From positions 820 through 64,819 of the forward strand of contig DAVU01000009.1 of NCBI GenBank assembly GCA_002505695.1: 64,000 bases of DNA, written 5' to 3'. This document shows, piece by piece, positions 45,144 to 53,174 of this stretch. The notes under the pieces were generated by a model that made no database searches, was not told where the DNA came from, and saw only the letters and a list, made by a program, of their open reading frames with translations. The stretch is from Euryarchaeota archaeon UBA487 (lineage in GTDB: Archaea; Thermoplasmatota; Poseidoniia; Poseidoniales; Thalassarchaeaceae). The position numbers and the translations under genes are program-made. The first letter of the stretch is position 1. Every line of letters begins with the position of its first letter.

Positions 45144-45217
45144 GCACGAGTGGCAGAGTAGCTATGCAACGGACTGCAGATCCGTGTACCCGGGTGCAAA
45201 TCCCGGCTCGTGCTCCA
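45144..45217 (+). tRNA. tRNA-Cys (GCA), CCA encoded
   Basis: The cloverleaf was folded by hand. Acceptor GCACGAG pairs with CTCGTGC. The D-stem is 3 bp plus a G13-A22 mismatch. Anticodon stem ACGGA/TCCGT carries the loop CTGCAGA. T-stem CCGGG/CCCGG carries the loop TGCAAAT. The discriminator is T (U73, as expected for Cys), followed by CCA. Confidence 0.8.
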
Positions 45218-45277
45218 CAACCTAATGCATCACTGCGTTCAGGGTAGACAATAGGCCGAGAACAAGTGCGAATTCGA

Positions 45278-45703
45278 TTAATTGTTCAACCGAGCATAGG
45301 TCGCTTGTACAATTGCAACCTTGCAGCCGTTCGTATCTATCAAATCAGCCTCAGCCACGCAGAGTGTTCTCCCGATCTTTACCACACGCGCATGACATAA
45401 CGCATCCGTCAAACATGGCCTCAAGAATCTGATGTTGAAGTCAGTAGTTGCCACTTTCTCTTTTGCTCCTATCTGCGTGAGTATTGCCCAGCATGTGACC
45501 GAATCTGCTATAGTTGCCAGGATACCGCCGTGCATGGTTTGGTATATGCCGTCCCACTCAATCTTCCTTGGTACCCTAGCATCGCATTCTCCATGATCTA
45601 GGCGCAAGATCTCAAGATCTAGGGTGTGCATCATCGGTACTGAATTGACTCTTGCAATCATAGCCTCAATCTCATCTCTAGTCAAAGTGCTTGTTTCCAC
45701 CAT
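45278..45703 (-). CDS. PaaI-family hotdog-fold thioesterase
   Basis: ORF trimmed to ATG 45703. MHGGILATIADSVTCWAI is typical of PaaI/'uncharacterized domain 1' thioesterases. Confidence 0.6.
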   Translation of the reverse strand: MVETSTLTRDEIEAMIARVNSVPMMHTLDLEILRLDHGECDARVPRKIEWDGIYQTMHGGILATIADSVTCWAILTQIGAKEKVATTDFNIRFLRPCLTDALCHARVVKIGRTLCVAEADLIDTNGCKVAIVQATYARLNN

Positions 45704-45717
45704 TCCTATACCTCCGT

Positions 45718-46167
45718 TTATTTGACAATATCTTTTGGGCTCCAATGCATTTCATAATGCATTCCAATGGGCGCAATCTCGAATAGTTTAGATGTTATTC
45801 TGAATCCTTTTCGTCGATACATCGTCATAGCTTTTACTCTAGCATTGCACCATATCCCTGTCCCTAACTCAATAGCATAGTCTTGAAGCATTCCAACGAG
45901 ATTGGAGCCGATTCCCTTGTTTCTATGATCCGGATCCACTGCCATTCCCCTGATTCTCAGATCGGATTCTTCCCTGGGATCATATTGCAATGTCGCGCAA
46001 CCCACCATTACCTCATCAATGAACGCTCCGACAAATTTTGTATTTGGATCATCATCGACATCAATGTATCTTGCGGTTTCGCGGGGCATGCCTTCTCTCA
46101 GGACTCTATATCTAAGGTCTAAGTGCGCGGTGTCGGGTATGCCAACCCATCGATACGACACGCCCAT
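45718..46167 (-). CDS. GNAT family N-acetyltransferase
   Basis: 149 aa with the acetyl-CoA motif IRGMAVDPDHRNKGIGSNLV. Confidence 0.8.
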   Translation of the reverse strand: MGVSYRWVGIPDTAHLDLRYRVLREGMPRETARYIDVDDDPNTKFVGAFIDEVMVGCATLQYDPREESDLRIRGMAVDPDHRNKGIGSNLVGMLQDYAIELGTGIWCNARVKAMTMYRRKGFRITSKLFEIAPIGMHYEMHWSPKDIVK

Positions 46168-46173
46168 GATAAC

Positions 46174-46452
46174 TCATTCATCCTCACTCATATCAGGCAT
46201 GCGGGTGACTGCTCCAGTTAATGCAACTGTTTTCCGGCCGTCTCCTAGTGTATTTAGTAAGAACCAACCGATGTTCAGCAAAGCTGTAGCGATGACCAGT
46301 CCGCAAGCAGAGCCTACCACTATATTGCCTTCTGAAGCAGCCAAACCCGCAATCAAACTGAATATCATGACCAGAATAAACCATGCCCTCGATGCTTCAC
46401 TTGGTGTCTTTCGACCTTTGTGGTCGTGAAGCGGTGCCAACAGATCTCGCAT
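46174..46452 (-). CDS. small membrane protein (2 TM)
   Basis: ORF 46174..46530 (GTG) trimmed to ATG 46452. The TM segments are WFILVMIFSLIAGLAA and GLVIATALLNIGWFLL. It ends 6 nt upstream of the GNAT gene. Confidence 0.4.
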   Translation of the reverse strand: MRDLLAPLHDHKGRKTPSEASRAWFILVMIFSLIAGLAASEGNIVVGSACGLVIATALLNIGWFLLNTLGDGRKTVALTGAVTRMPDMSEDE

Positions 46453-46460
46453 GACGCACA

Positions 46461-46943
46461 ATGTCAAGTCCACCGTATGAATGTCCGTTACGCTTCTTCG
46501 ACCCCTTATATGATGAAGTAGGGGGGCCACCGGACATCATGAGGCGCGGGGCATCAACATGGTGGCCCTTCTTTGGCATTGGAATCATCATCATGATCGA
46601 GGTTCTGTTTGTCGGCTGGGCTCCCTCGGGCCCGTGGGAGGATGAGTCATTTACCCTGGGTGTGTTTGGACTGATTGGCTTATTCAGCCTTTATGTCGGC
46701 TGGTTTAGATGGAAATTTAGAACAAATGGGCTGATTCCATGGCTCAGTCTATGGAACGACGTTTCTCGAAGTGGGAAGTTATTGGTAACGTTGGGTGCTG
46801 TAATGATTTTTTGTACCTGGTTTGCAGGGGGGTGGCTAGCTATTCCACCAGCAGGGGGACTAATTCTGAATCTGATAGCATCACTGTTGGTACTCCAGGG
46901 GACATACGCGATACTCACGACGAGTTTGCTGAATGAGCCCTGA
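46461..46943 (+). CDS. small membrane protein (about 4 TM)
   Basis: 160 aa, with ATG at 46461 and an alternative ATG at 46539. Hydrophobic segments include WWPFFGIGIIIMIEVLFVGW and LGVFGLIGLFSLYVGWF. Its stop abuts the rnhA stop. Confidence 0.45.
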   Translation: MSSPPYECPLRFFDPLYDEVGGPPDIMRRGASTWWPFFGIGIIIMIEVLFVGWAPSGPWEDESFTLGVFGLIGLFSLYVGWFRWKFRTNGLIPWLSLWNDVSRSGKLLVTLGAVMIFCTWFAGGWLAIPPAGGLILNLIASLLVLQGTYAILTTSLLNEP

Positions 46944-47474
46944 TTATCGATTGCCGGGCTTCCAGAATTGCAAGGGATCCGGGTTCCTGCCTTCCATAGC
47001 TCTGAAGGCAAGGTGATCAGCTCTTTCATTCCACCTATGCCCTCTGTGTGCTCTGACATGCTCTATTGTGACGGTCCTGTTCAACAGGCATTCTTTCCAG
47101 AAGGATCTGATACGACGGACGAGTTCTTTGTTTGCCTTGGGCTTCCAGATGCCAACGGTGAGATTTGACGCATATTCGGAATCTGACCTTATTGTCAGTG
47201 CATCCTCTCTCTGATCAATCAATGCCCATCTCAGAGCGTGTCCTATCGCAGTTAATTCGGCGGTGTTATTCGAGCCAACACTCGCACCCATGTATTCTGG
47301 GGATTCTGGATCTGTGATGACTCGTCCACTGAACTCCTCTATCACTTCGCCTTGGCCCTTGCCCGTACCTGAGTCTCCTCTGACTATGCAGACACCCCAT
47401 CCTGCGATCGTTTCCCTACCTACGTTGCGATTATCGCCGCATGATCCATCTACATAGAGGTGGAGGGGGGGCAT
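46944..47474 (-). CDS. rnhA: ribonuclease HI (type 1 RNase H)
   Basis: 176 aa. The DEDD residues sit in context: LYVDGSC, NNTAELTAI, IRSDSEYA, NERADHLA. Confidence 0.8.
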   Translation of the reverse strand: MPPLHLYVDGSCGDNRNVGRETIAGWGVCIVRGDSGTGKGQGEVIEEFSGRVITDPESPEYMGASVGSNNTAELTAIGHALRWALIDQREDALTIRSDSEYASNLTVGIWKPKANKELVRRIRSFWKECLLNRTVTIEHVRAHRGHRWNERADHLAFRAMEGRNPDPLQFWKPGNR

Positions 47475-47477
47475 CGT

Positions 47478-47858
47478 TCACTCACCAAGCAAGGACCTGT
47501 AATCCTCATGGTTAAGCAATCCAGACAAATCCTTTGTGTCCAGCTTAATTCTACATATCCACCCATCTCCATATGGATCATTGTTGATAGTCTCTGGTGC
47601 GGCTTCAAGATCTTCATTTACTTCAATTACCTCTCCCGATAAGGGGGCATAAATCTCAGATACTGACTTGACCGATTCGACACTCGCAAAAGGCTCCATG
47701 GATTCGACCTTGTCTCCAATCATCGGTAGCTCGACCCAAACTACGTCTGTCAACGCGTCTTGTGCGTAATCGGTTATGCCAATGGTAGCGATCTCGTTCT
47801 CGATGTTAACCCACTCGTGTTCAGCAGTATATCTCAGGTCCTCTGGTATGGTTGACAT
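47478..47858 (-). CDS. gcvH: glycine cleavage system H protein (lipoyl carrier)
   Basis: ORF trimmed to ATG 47858 (MSTIPEDLRYTAEHEWV). It carries IGITDYAQDALTDVVWVELP and the lipoyl-Lys motif VESVKSVSEIYAP. Confidence 0.85.
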   Translation of the reverse strand: MSTIPEDLRYTAEHEWVNIENEIATIGITDYAQDALTDVVWVELPMIGDKVESMEPFASVESVKSVSEIYAPLSGEVIEVNEDLEAAPETINNDPYGDGWICRIKLDTKDLSGLLNHEDYRSLLGE

Positions 47859-47901
47859 GATTACCACGCGGGAGCAGGCGGAGGGTGAAGGTTTCGCTTC
47901 G

Positions 47902-48276
47902 TCATTTGTCGTCTTGCTCGATGGTCGAAACTTCGAGTTTTGCCCATGCATCTGATATTCTCTCAACATCGTTCGTCTCAATCCTCTCTTGTTCTAGCTC
48001 AGTCCACAATTCTTCCTCGGAAAGATCGACAAAAATGTCTGAGATTCTATTCGAGAAAGGAGCTTTTGGTGATTTTTTCAGAAGCCACCATGCATACAGA
48101 GAAGAGATAGAAAACAATCCAATTAAGAATTCAACGGCCAAATTAGACCCACAATTTTGTGGCTGGCATTCAGTAATCTGTATCCAGCCCCCACGGAGGC
48201 CCAGCGCGAATACCAGGATGAGTGCGATTGTGAACCCCATGAGGACCCTGGAAGCTCGCCTGGCAGGAGTGGCCAT
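47902..48276 (-). CDS. hypothetical membrane protein with acidic C-terminal tail
   Basis: 124 aa with an ATG start. It has two hydrophobic segments (VLMGFTIALILVFALGL, FLIGLFSISSLYAWWLL). It was preferred over the overlapping + ORF because it is collinear with its neighbours. Confidence 0.35.
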   Translation of the reverse strand: MATPARRASRVLMGFTIALILVFALGLRGGWIQITECQPQNCGSNLAVEFLIGLFSISSLYAWWLLKKSPKAPFSNRISDIFVDLSEEELWTELEQERIETNDVERISDAWAKLEVSTIEQDDK

Positions 48277-48314
48277 ATTCTACCGGAGGGGAGGGGAGTA
48301 CTCAATTGATGAGG

Positions 48315-48899
48315 TCAATATGTTTCCCTGACCAGCTTATGGACTTTGTATGGCAATAATGCACGATTTACTGGAGTTACCTCTAGTATCCTAGCATCGT
48401 CTCTTCTCCTGATGTCCTGTAACAGTGGATGCCTGGACTTCTTGTGAAGTGTTAGAACTGTTGGCATATCAAACTCCAAAGCAGCGCGTACAACTTTTAC
48501 GAAGGCCTCTGATTCCACTGAGAATTTTCCTATCTCATCTATAACTAGCATCTCACAAGTCTCTATCGTGCGTTCGATGGCTGGCACTGCCACTCTGTCT
48601 AATCCAGTGGGGTCGATTCCCAAACCCAGAATCGTAGTTCTTGAGTCAATGTCCCTGTGTGCCATTACTGCGCGATCGCCGGTTATGATGTCAACGCATT
48701 CAAAGCCGATTCTGACGCCATCTTCAAGTATTGGCTCAGTCCTCATACCTCCAACGATTGGCATCCCTTGAGATCGATCATTACGCGATCTCCGCTCATC
48801 CTTCCTCTCGTTTGTAATCATATCTACAACCTTCTCGAGGACTGCGGATTTACCGGATTTCGGCAAACCTGTTATGCCTATTTTAGGATGTATTCCCAT
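48315..48899 (-). CDS. THEP1-like nucleoside-triphosphatase (COG1618)
   Basis: 194 aa with the P-loop KIGITGLPKSGKSAV and the Walker B-like LVIDEIGKFSVES. Confidence 0.6.
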   Translation of the reverse strand: MGIHPKIGITGLPKSGKSAVLEKVVDMITNERKDERRSRNDRSQGMPIVGGMRTEPILEDGVRIGFECVDIITGDRAVMAHRDIDSRTTILGLGIDPTGLDRVAVPAIERTIETCEMLVIDEIGKFSVESEAFVKVVRAALEFDMPTVLTLHKKSRHPLLQDIRRRDDARILEVTPVNRALLPYKVHKLVRETY

Positions 48900-48910
48900 T
48901 CTTGATATCT

Positions 48911-48963
48911 CCTATATCCTCGGCTCTGCTAGGCAGTATGGGTTTACTCCAAGTGGATATAGG
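48911..48963. repeat. 9-bp perfect inverted repeat, 35-nt spacer
   Basis: CCTATATCC (48911..48919) and GGATATAGG (48955..48963). The repeat lies between the stop of the 49038..49640 gene and the NTPase start. Confidence 0.5.
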
Positions 48964-49037
48964 TGTTAATATCTTCCATTCTGATTATATCGGAAATTCC
49001 ATATTCTTGACATTGGATTCCGGTTTCAGTAAAGCCT

Positions 49038-49640
49038 CTAGCTTCGGTTTAAGCAAAATTGGCCGTATTTGAATTCGATAATTTCCCCCCTCTGGACAAG
49101 ATGGGCAATTGCCTCTTCTACTTCTTCTTCTTGGAGGTTGGATGGTATCAATTCACTGAGGATGTCGTCCCAGGTTATGAATTCGCTGCCATCGGCGTTG
49201 GCTTGTTCTATCATATCCAATATCCTCAGAGAAATCATAGAGAGCATGGGATCATCATCTGTGATTGGGGGAGCGTCATTTGCCGCGGATTCCAATATTT
49301 CAGCGACGGTTGGTTGTTGGCTCTTCTTGGCACCATCGTAGACATCGAATAGATTTCTTTGGAGGGGGTCCTGTCTGCTCATTGAATTGGCTTCGTTTAG
49401 CCTACCCATGTGTCTGGCAATATCGTCAACCCTCGATAATCTCTGTTCTAATCTGATTTTTTCCCTTCCGAGATGAGAGGCGGCCAAATCTAATTCTTCC
49501 GTAGCCCGCCTGTCTAACCATTCTAGCAGACTCCAATTTGGGTTCATCTTCATCATGGTGTCACACAGGGTAGTCACTGAGTCTGGAAGCCCTTTGATGT
49601 CCATTGGATTCTTTCTGCCGGTCGATCCGTCCTCACCCAT
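49038..49640 (-). CDS. hypothetical acidic protein, possible C-terminal winged-helix
   Basis: 200 aa with an ATG start. It has a coiled-coil-like centre and the C-terminal sequence EEEVEEAIAHLVQRGEIIEFKYGQF. No family recognised. Confidence 0.45.
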   Translation of the reverse strand: MGEDGSTGRKNPMDIKGLPDSVTTLCDTMMKMNPNWSLLEWLDRRATEELDLAASHLGREKIRLEQRLSRVDDIARHMGRLNEANSMSRQDPLQRNLFDVYDGAKKSQQPTVAEILESAANDAPPITDDDPMLSMISLRILDMIEQANADGSEFITWDDILSELIPSNLQEEEVEEAIAHLVQRGEIIEFKYGQFCLNRS

Positions 49641-49736
49641 GAAGACCCTACTCCGTCTGGACGTCTATGAACAATGTGCATTATTCGCTAAGTTCTTGTT
49701 AGGGGTTGCTTGATGTAGGATTCCATTCTGCGACGT

Positions 49737-50924
49737 ATGATGTCCGCGTATCGCATCGTTGCTCTTCCCGGGGATGGGACAGGTCGAGAAGTGATGACTG
49801 AAGCCCTAAAGGTGCTTGATGTCTTCCAGAAAAATGGAAATGTGGAATTCGAAATTAGGGTTATTCCATGCGGCGGGCAACACTACCTAGAAACTGGAGA
49901 ACAATGGCCAGAGGGGTCTTTCGAGATCTGCAGAGACGAGAGTGATGCAATTCTGCTCGGAGCCATCGGGTGGCCAGAAGCCAGGCTTCCAAACGGGGAT
50001 GTGGCTGGTGGGGAGGTTATACTAGGCCTGAGATCTGGGCTTGATCTGTATGCTAATGTGAGGCCTGTGAAGCTTTACGACGGGGTTCATCACAAAGTTC
50101 ACGGTGTCTACAAGGAGATTTGGAGGTCATCATTGGTTGACTTGGTCATGGTCAGGGAGAATACCGAAGGCCTCTATCATTCTCTTTTGAGGAGGATGGC
50201 ACAATCCGCAGTTGGAAAAAAGGATGAGAAATTGATCATCGAGAAATTCCCTGGCCTAGAAGGGGAGGTTCGGTGGGACCCGAGACCAATCTCAAGGGCT
50301 GGTAGTGAGCGTATACACAAGTTTTGTTTCGATCTCGCTGAGCGAAGATCTGCTAAGTTAGGTGTCCCTCAGAGTGTGACCTGCGTTGACAAGTCCAATG
50401 TCCTCAGAGGATGCCAGCTCTTTCGATCCATATTTCGTGAAATCGCTGAATCCTACCCTCAAATCGGGGCAAAGGAAGCCTATATTGACGCCTTCACCAT
50501 GTGGCTGGTAAGGGACCCAGAGGACCTTGACGTTGTCGTACTTCCGAATATGTTCGGCGACATAGCCACTGACTTGGCATCGGTATTGCAAGGTGGTATG
50601 GGAATGGCTGCATCAGCGAACCTAGGTGATAAACATATGATGTTCGAACCTGTGCATGGATCGTCACCAAAGCACGCTGGCAAGAACCGAGTGAACCCCA
50701 TCGCGATGCTGTCATCGCTCCAACTAATGTTGGAGAATCTTTCCCTTCGACATGATGATCCATTGTTGGACAAGTACGGGAATATCCTGCAACAGGCCAT
50801 ATCTCAGCACCTTTCCTCAGAAGGGCCCAAAACCTACGACATCGGAGGGACTGGAACAACCTCGGAAGTCGGTGATGCAATCGCAGACAGGGTCAGAACG
50901 CTACTGAAAAACGAAAAGGCCTGA
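49737..50924 (+). CDS. isocitrate/isopropylmalate dehydrogenase family protein (3-isopropylmalate or tartrate dehydrogenase-like)
   Basis: 395 aa. Motifs are YRIVALPGDGTGREV, VRENTEGLY and NMFGDIATDLASVLQGGMGMAASANLG. Confidence 0.8.
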   Translation: MMSAYRIVALPGDGTGREVMTEALKVLDVFQKNGNVEFEIRVIPCGGQHYLETGEQWPEGSFEICRDESDAILLGAIGWPEARLPNGDVAGGEVILGLRSGLDLYANVRPVKLYDGVHHKVHGVYKEIWRSSLVDLVMVRENTEGLYHSLLRRMAQSAVGKKDEKLIIEKFPGLEGEVRWDPRPISRAGSERIHKFCFDLAERRSAKLGVPQSVTCVDKSNVLRGCQLFRSIFREIAESYPQIGAKEAYIDAFTMWLVRDPEDLDVVVLPNMFGDIATDLASVLQGGMGMAASANLGDKHMMFEPVHGSSPKHAGKNRVNPIAMLSSLQLMLENLSLRHDDPLLDKYGNILQQAISQHLSSEGPKTYDIGGTGTTSEVGDAIADRVRTLLKNEKA

Positions 50925-50926
50925 GA

Positions 50927-51721
50927 TCAGGAAGAGAGTAGTTTCGTTGATCTTCCTATCTCATTCAGGGCATCCACCAATGCTGCTCGATTGTCCCAGT
51001 CTGAATTGCTGTTCAGAGGGCCTTCAAGTGCCATAATGACCATTCGTTCCATGGCTCGTTTGACTTCATCGACAATCGTAACGGAGGCTGTAGTTGAAGT
51101 TCTCGAAAGCGGATTCAAATCTATTACAATAACTTCCTTTCCCATCGATACCAAGGCCTCGCATCTATCCCCATCTTCCAATGGTACCAGGATGACATCT
51201 GCTCGGAAAATTCCTTGTGAACTACAAAGTGCTCGAGGCCCTTTCAGGTGTGGTATTTTTGCATCAGGATTTTCTCCGTGTATCTTGACGGATTTCACCA
51301 TATCCCTCCACCTTTCTGACTCGATTTCATCTGAGGGAGGGTTTTCCATGACATAGTCCTTCATATTGTGGATCTCGGACAATAACAAACGCATTCTATC
51401 TTCTGTCCTGTAGAAGATGTTGATCTCAACGCTGCTGTTGGTTAATGCCGCAAGGCAAATGGCTTCTCGGCCTGCGAGCACCGTTGTGTTTCCATTCATT
51501 GAAATGACTGGAGATTTCGCTCTGAAAAGGCGGTCCAATGCCTCCATCTCAGCCCTTTTCGCAGAGTCAGTAGTCCTTTCTCCGATTAGATAGTCGAATG
51601 CCTCTCCCCTACCATGGGCAATCAGTGCGGAGTCTGCTAGCAGACCAGCTGCTTGGGCATCAACTATTTTCTGTCTGGATAACAAGGATTCCCTTCTGGG
51701 ATGATCATCAGGGATAGTCAC
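50927..51721 (-). CDS. phosphopantothenate synthetase (4-phosphopantoate--beta-alanine ligase, archaeal CoA pathway)
   Basis: 264 aa. HPRRESLLSRQKIVDAQAAGLLADSALIAHGRGEAFDYLIGERTT matches the COG1701 N-terminal signature as I recall it. The GTG start shares one nt with the nadC stop (TAGTG). Confidence 0.6.
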   Translation of the reverse strand: MTIPDDHPRRESLLSRQKIVDAQAAGLLADSALIAHGRGEAFDYLIGERTTDSAKRAEMEALDRLFRAKSPVISMNGNTTVLAGREAICLAALTNSSVEINIFYRTEDRMRLLLSEIHNMKDYVMENPPSDEIESERWRDMVKSVKIHGENPDAKIPHLKGPRALCSSQGIFRADVILVPLEDGDRCEALVSMGKEVIVIDLNPLSRTSTTASVTIVDEVKRAMERMVIMALEGPLNSNSDWDNRAALVDALNEIGRSTKLLSS

Positions 51722-52623
51722 TACGAGGCCTCCATCAGCATCGTCATATCAATCATTTGAGGCTCCATGGTTATGGATCCCGATGACACCACGTCCACAC
51801 CAGATTGTGCCCAGTCTTGCAGATTTTCCCACCTAACCCTACCTGAGCCTTCCAAAACGAATTCTTGCCTTAGGCCCATATCCTCCAGTTGGTCGGAGAA
51901 TTTCCTGCAATTCTCAGGCCCTAGATTGTCCATCATCAAAGTTAATTGATGTTTGCTTGAAGGTCCAGTTTGAAGTCCGATCCATGAATTGACCACACTT
52001 AACGCCTGGTCCGATGATACGACTTCGATCACAGGAAAATCACTTGCTGTCCTACAGGTTGAAAGGATTTCTTCTAGAGTTAGTTTTGCCAGCGAAAAAT
52101 CGTTTTCCTTGATCATGAGCCCGTCCGAGCGGTCAAGGCGGTGAGTGAGGCCCCCTCCAATATGAACTGCCCACTTGTCTAAAATTCCCCAGTTCGTTTT
52201 TCTGGTTGCTGCAAGAGAAACCCCACCCAATTGTTCCCTCCATTTGGACGTCGTCGAAGCGATTCCACTCAATCTAGTAATCAAATTCATACATATTCTC
52301 TCTATCCTTAGAATTTCATTAGAGTTGGCGACTATGGAGACTATCTCCTGTCCTTTCTGAAATCCTTGGCCCTCGGAAAAATTCCATACTGTTGTTGCTC
52401 CATTGCAGTGATTTTCAATGAGGTAATCGAGTACTGGCCTTCCTGATATGACGCCGTTTTCCTTGGCGATTATTCTGGAGATTGACCGGCCCGAAGTAAT
52501 GGCATCTATATTGGATGGGTCATCGGAATACATTGCATTAATCCAGAGCTCCATTGATCTAGTGAACCTATCAGTTGGACCGTCATTCCACAACAAACTC
52601 GACCTGTCATGGGGTAATACCAT
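51721..52623 (-). CDS. nadC: nicotinate-nucleotide pyrophosphorylase (quinolinate phosphoribosyltransferase)
   Basis: 300 aa. Motifs are ERICMNLITRLSGIAS, ATRKTNWGILDKWAVHIGGGLTHRLDRSDGLMIKEN, LMMDNL and LEGSGRV...GVDVVSSGSIT. Confidence 0.7.
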   Translation of the reverse strand: MVLPHDRSSLLWNDGPTDRFTRSMELWINAMYSDDPSNIDAITSGRSISRIIAKENGVISGRPVLDYLIENHCNGATTVWNFSEGQGFQKGQEIVSIVANSNEILRIERICMNLITRLSGIASTTSKWREQLGGVSLAATRKTNWGILDKWAVHIGGGLTHRLDRSDGLMIKENDFSLAKLTLEEILSTCRTASDFPVIEVVSSDQALSVVNSWIGLQTGPSSKHQLTLMMDNLGPENCRKFSDQLEDMGLRQEFVLEGSGRVRWENLQDWAQSGVDVVSSGSITMEPQMIDMTMLMEAS

Positions 52624-52687
52624 ACCATTCGCTCCGCTAGGATCAATTTAACCGTCCCTGATTATTTGCAGAGTTCGGTTCTATCAT

Positions 52688-52789
52688 TCACGCGAGTAGC
52701 GGGGTGGCGGCCATCACGGCAATAGCGAAAGAAGCGTATGTGCCGATCAGGAAAGCAAGTATCGTTCCTGTGTTCATAACCTCTTCCAT
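52688..52789 (-). CDS. possible 33-aa single-TM micropeptide (not in the ORF track)
   Basis: My own translation is MEEVMNTGTILAFLIGTYASFAIAVMAATPLLA*. It lies 64 nt upstream of nadC on the same strand, with a TATA-like tract upstream. Confidence 0.2.
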   Translation of the reverse strand: MEEVMNTGTILAFLIGTYASFAIAVMAATPLLA

Positions 52790-52814
52790 CAGCGTGTGAG
52801 ATATGAAGCAGTGT

Positions 52815-52840
52815 TTTTACCATTTATATGTAAATTATGT
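52815..52840 (-). promoter_or_regulatory. TATA-like promoter tract for the micropeptide/nadC unit
   Basis: The minus-strand sense reads ATAATTTACATATAAATGG, about 30-45 nt upstream of the 52789 ATG and just downstream of the preceding gene's stop. Confidence 0.3.
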
Positions 52841-52851
52841 GAAATTAGCCC

Positions 52852-53091
52852 TCAATCGTTGAGGAGATCCGCTGCCACGGATGCCGCGCCTAAACAAGCG
52901 AGAATATCATCTGCTGTCGCCTTGGCCGAAGAAAGTGAGTTTGATTTTATTGTGATTGTTGCGAGAAAATCGCTTTCGGGTTTGGCGTATTCGATGGTAA
53001 AGGAATCAGAATCGTCTGGTTTTACGGATTCGATTGCCCTCATGATCTCACTTTGGTCTCCCCTCCAACTTATCTTGATGACGGATTCCAT
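52852..53091 (-). CDS. small protein, Pcc1 (KEOPS subunit)-like (tentative)
   Basis: 79 aa. Its size and pattern (VIKISW..., ATITIKSNSLSSAKATADDILACLGAASVAADLL) resemble archaeal Pcc1 (…LDIKATDSSALRGTVNSYLRWI…). This is pattern-level similarity only. Confidence 0.3.
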   Translation of the reverse strand: MESVIKISWRGDQSEIMRAIESVKPDDSDSFTIEYAKPESDFLATITIKSNSLSSAKATADDILACLGAASVAADLLND

Positions 53092-53174
53092 GGTTCTACG
53101 CCATGGCGGGTATTCTTTGATTCATCGGACCTTTTGACCGATGGCCACTTCAACCCCATTACCCTCCGAATGAT

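Noticed and set aside
45017-45220. 67-aa minus-strand ORF.
   Set aside because: It is antisense to and overlaps the tRNA-Cys gene and the aminotransferase start.
46019-46429. 136-aa + strand ORF.
   Set aside because: It overlaps the GNAT gene and the small membrane gene on the minus strand, both of which have better features and operon context.
47885-48331. 148-aa + strand ORF competing with the minus-strand 47902..48276 ORF.
   Set aside because: The minus-strand ORF gives two clean TM helices plus an acidic tail and is collinear with its neighbours. The + ORF has no features. The choice remains low confidence.
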